This document shows positions 63,429-64,000 of a stretch of 64,000 nt of DNA, piece by piece. The first letter of the stretch is position 1, and each line of letters opens with the position of its first letter. Origin of the DNA: Rickettsiales bacterium (GTDB lineage: Bacteria > Pseudomonadota > Alphaproteobacteria > Rickettsiales > JAIXRX01); contig CBDFGH010000006.1 of NCBI GenBank assembly GCA_965247145.1, positions 168,778-232,777 of the forward strand, written 5' to 3'. The position numbers and the translations under genes were made by a program. A model generated the notes under the pieces. The model searched no databases, was not told the origin of the DNA, and saw only the letters and a list, made by a program, of their open reading frames with translations.

Positions 63429-64000
63429 CTACCTCGGCAGAATACACAGCACCCGCGTCGCGCCGTCGCTCAGCGTTTCCAGCTCCACCCGGCCGCCATG
63501 CAGAAGAATATAGCTTTTCGCCATCGATAGCCCGAGGCCGACGCCGGATTTGCGGAAGCCGCTAGCGCTGAAGCGATAGAAGGCGCTTTCCTGGCCTTCC
63601 TCGGCCTTGGCGCGGGGGGCAGCGCCGGGGGGGAGGCGTTCTTCGACCCACAAAGCCACTTCCTCGCGCGTGCGCCCGAAATGCATCGGGCCGTTGGGCT
63701 GCAGCGCCAGGCGCGCGGAGGCGCCGATGGCGACGGAGCCGCCGCGTTCGGTGTATTTCAAGGCGCCGCTGGCCAGGGCCAGCAGGCTCTGGCGCATGCG
63801 TGGTTCGTCAAGCAGCAGCGGCGGCAGCGCTTCGGCTTCGATGAGTACGCCCACCCCCTGCCCTTCGGCCTGCGGCTGCAGTTGCGCGGCCAGCCGCGTC
63901 AGCATCGCGCTCACATCGGTGGGTTGCAGATCGAGATAGCTCGCGCCACTTTCAATGCTGGCGATATCGAGAATATCGTTGATGAGGCTGGAAAGCTGCA
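63429..64000 (-). CDS. sensor histidine kinase, 3' portion (5' end outside window)
   Basis: The frame stays open upstream of the ORF-track start to the window edge (...QLSSLINDILDIASIESGASYLDLQPTDV...). The HATPase_c-like C-terminus carries GVGLGLSMAKSYILLHGGRVELE. Confidence 0.85.
   Translation of the reverse strand, partial: QLSSLINDILDIASIESGASYLDLQPTDVSAMLTRLAAQLQPQAEGQGVGVLIEAEALPPLLLDEPRMRQSLLALASGALKYTERGGSVAIGASARLALQPNGPMHFGRTREEVALWVEERLPPGAAPRAKAEEGQESAFYRFSASGFRKSGVGLGLSMAKSYILLHGGRVELETLSDGATRVLCILPR

Overview
This is a chromosomal segment of a high-GC alphaproteobacterium. My hand counts of single 60-nt lines give about 55-58% G+C in housekeeping genes and about 40-42% in several ORFan inserts. 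Almost all of the window is coding. The conserved backbone lies mostly on the minus strand: bolA-grxD, rpsD, a TrmJ/SpoU-type methyltransferase, a cimA-type synthase, and a complete 14-gene complex I operon (nuoA-N, 32564 down to 14101) followed on the same strand by birA-coaX-rnj. It continues with tRNA-Val/tRNA-Asp, a GNAT gene, a folate block (folC-folP-folK divergent from pabC-pabB), sdhCDAB, a carD/cdnL homolog, rsh(spoT)-pdxJ-acpS and the 3' part of a histidine kinase. Five things are overlaid on this backbone. (1) A partial type IV secretion operon at 47.7-56.9 kb with Rickettsiales-vir-homolog (rvh)-like organisation: orf164, a short virB3 paralog, virB3, virB4, three large virB6/trbL paralogs and a 52-aa lipoprotein absent from the ORF track. 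No virB8-11/virD4, relaxase, integrase or transposase is present in the window. (2) The nuo operon is interrupted at five junctions by eight same-strand non-nuo ORFs, including a hicB-hicA toxin-antitoxin pair and a Rap1a/Tai4-like periplasmic protein. (3) sdhA and sdhB are separated by an M48 lipoprotein peptidase and a second lipoprotein. (4) Several AT-richer ORFans (380 aa, 609 aa, DUF4145-like, DUF4424-like, small membrane proteins) look like acquired or secreted-protein candidates. (5) Repeats include two families of structured intergenic elements (GTCATCC...GGATGAC hairpins and ~115-125-bp MITE-like elements), a 75-bp tandem array upstream of sdhC and an 8-bp x4 microsatellite abutting the acpS start codon. 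I saw no rRNA, CRISPR array, IS or prophage genes. All family calls come from motif recognition by eye, not from database searches.
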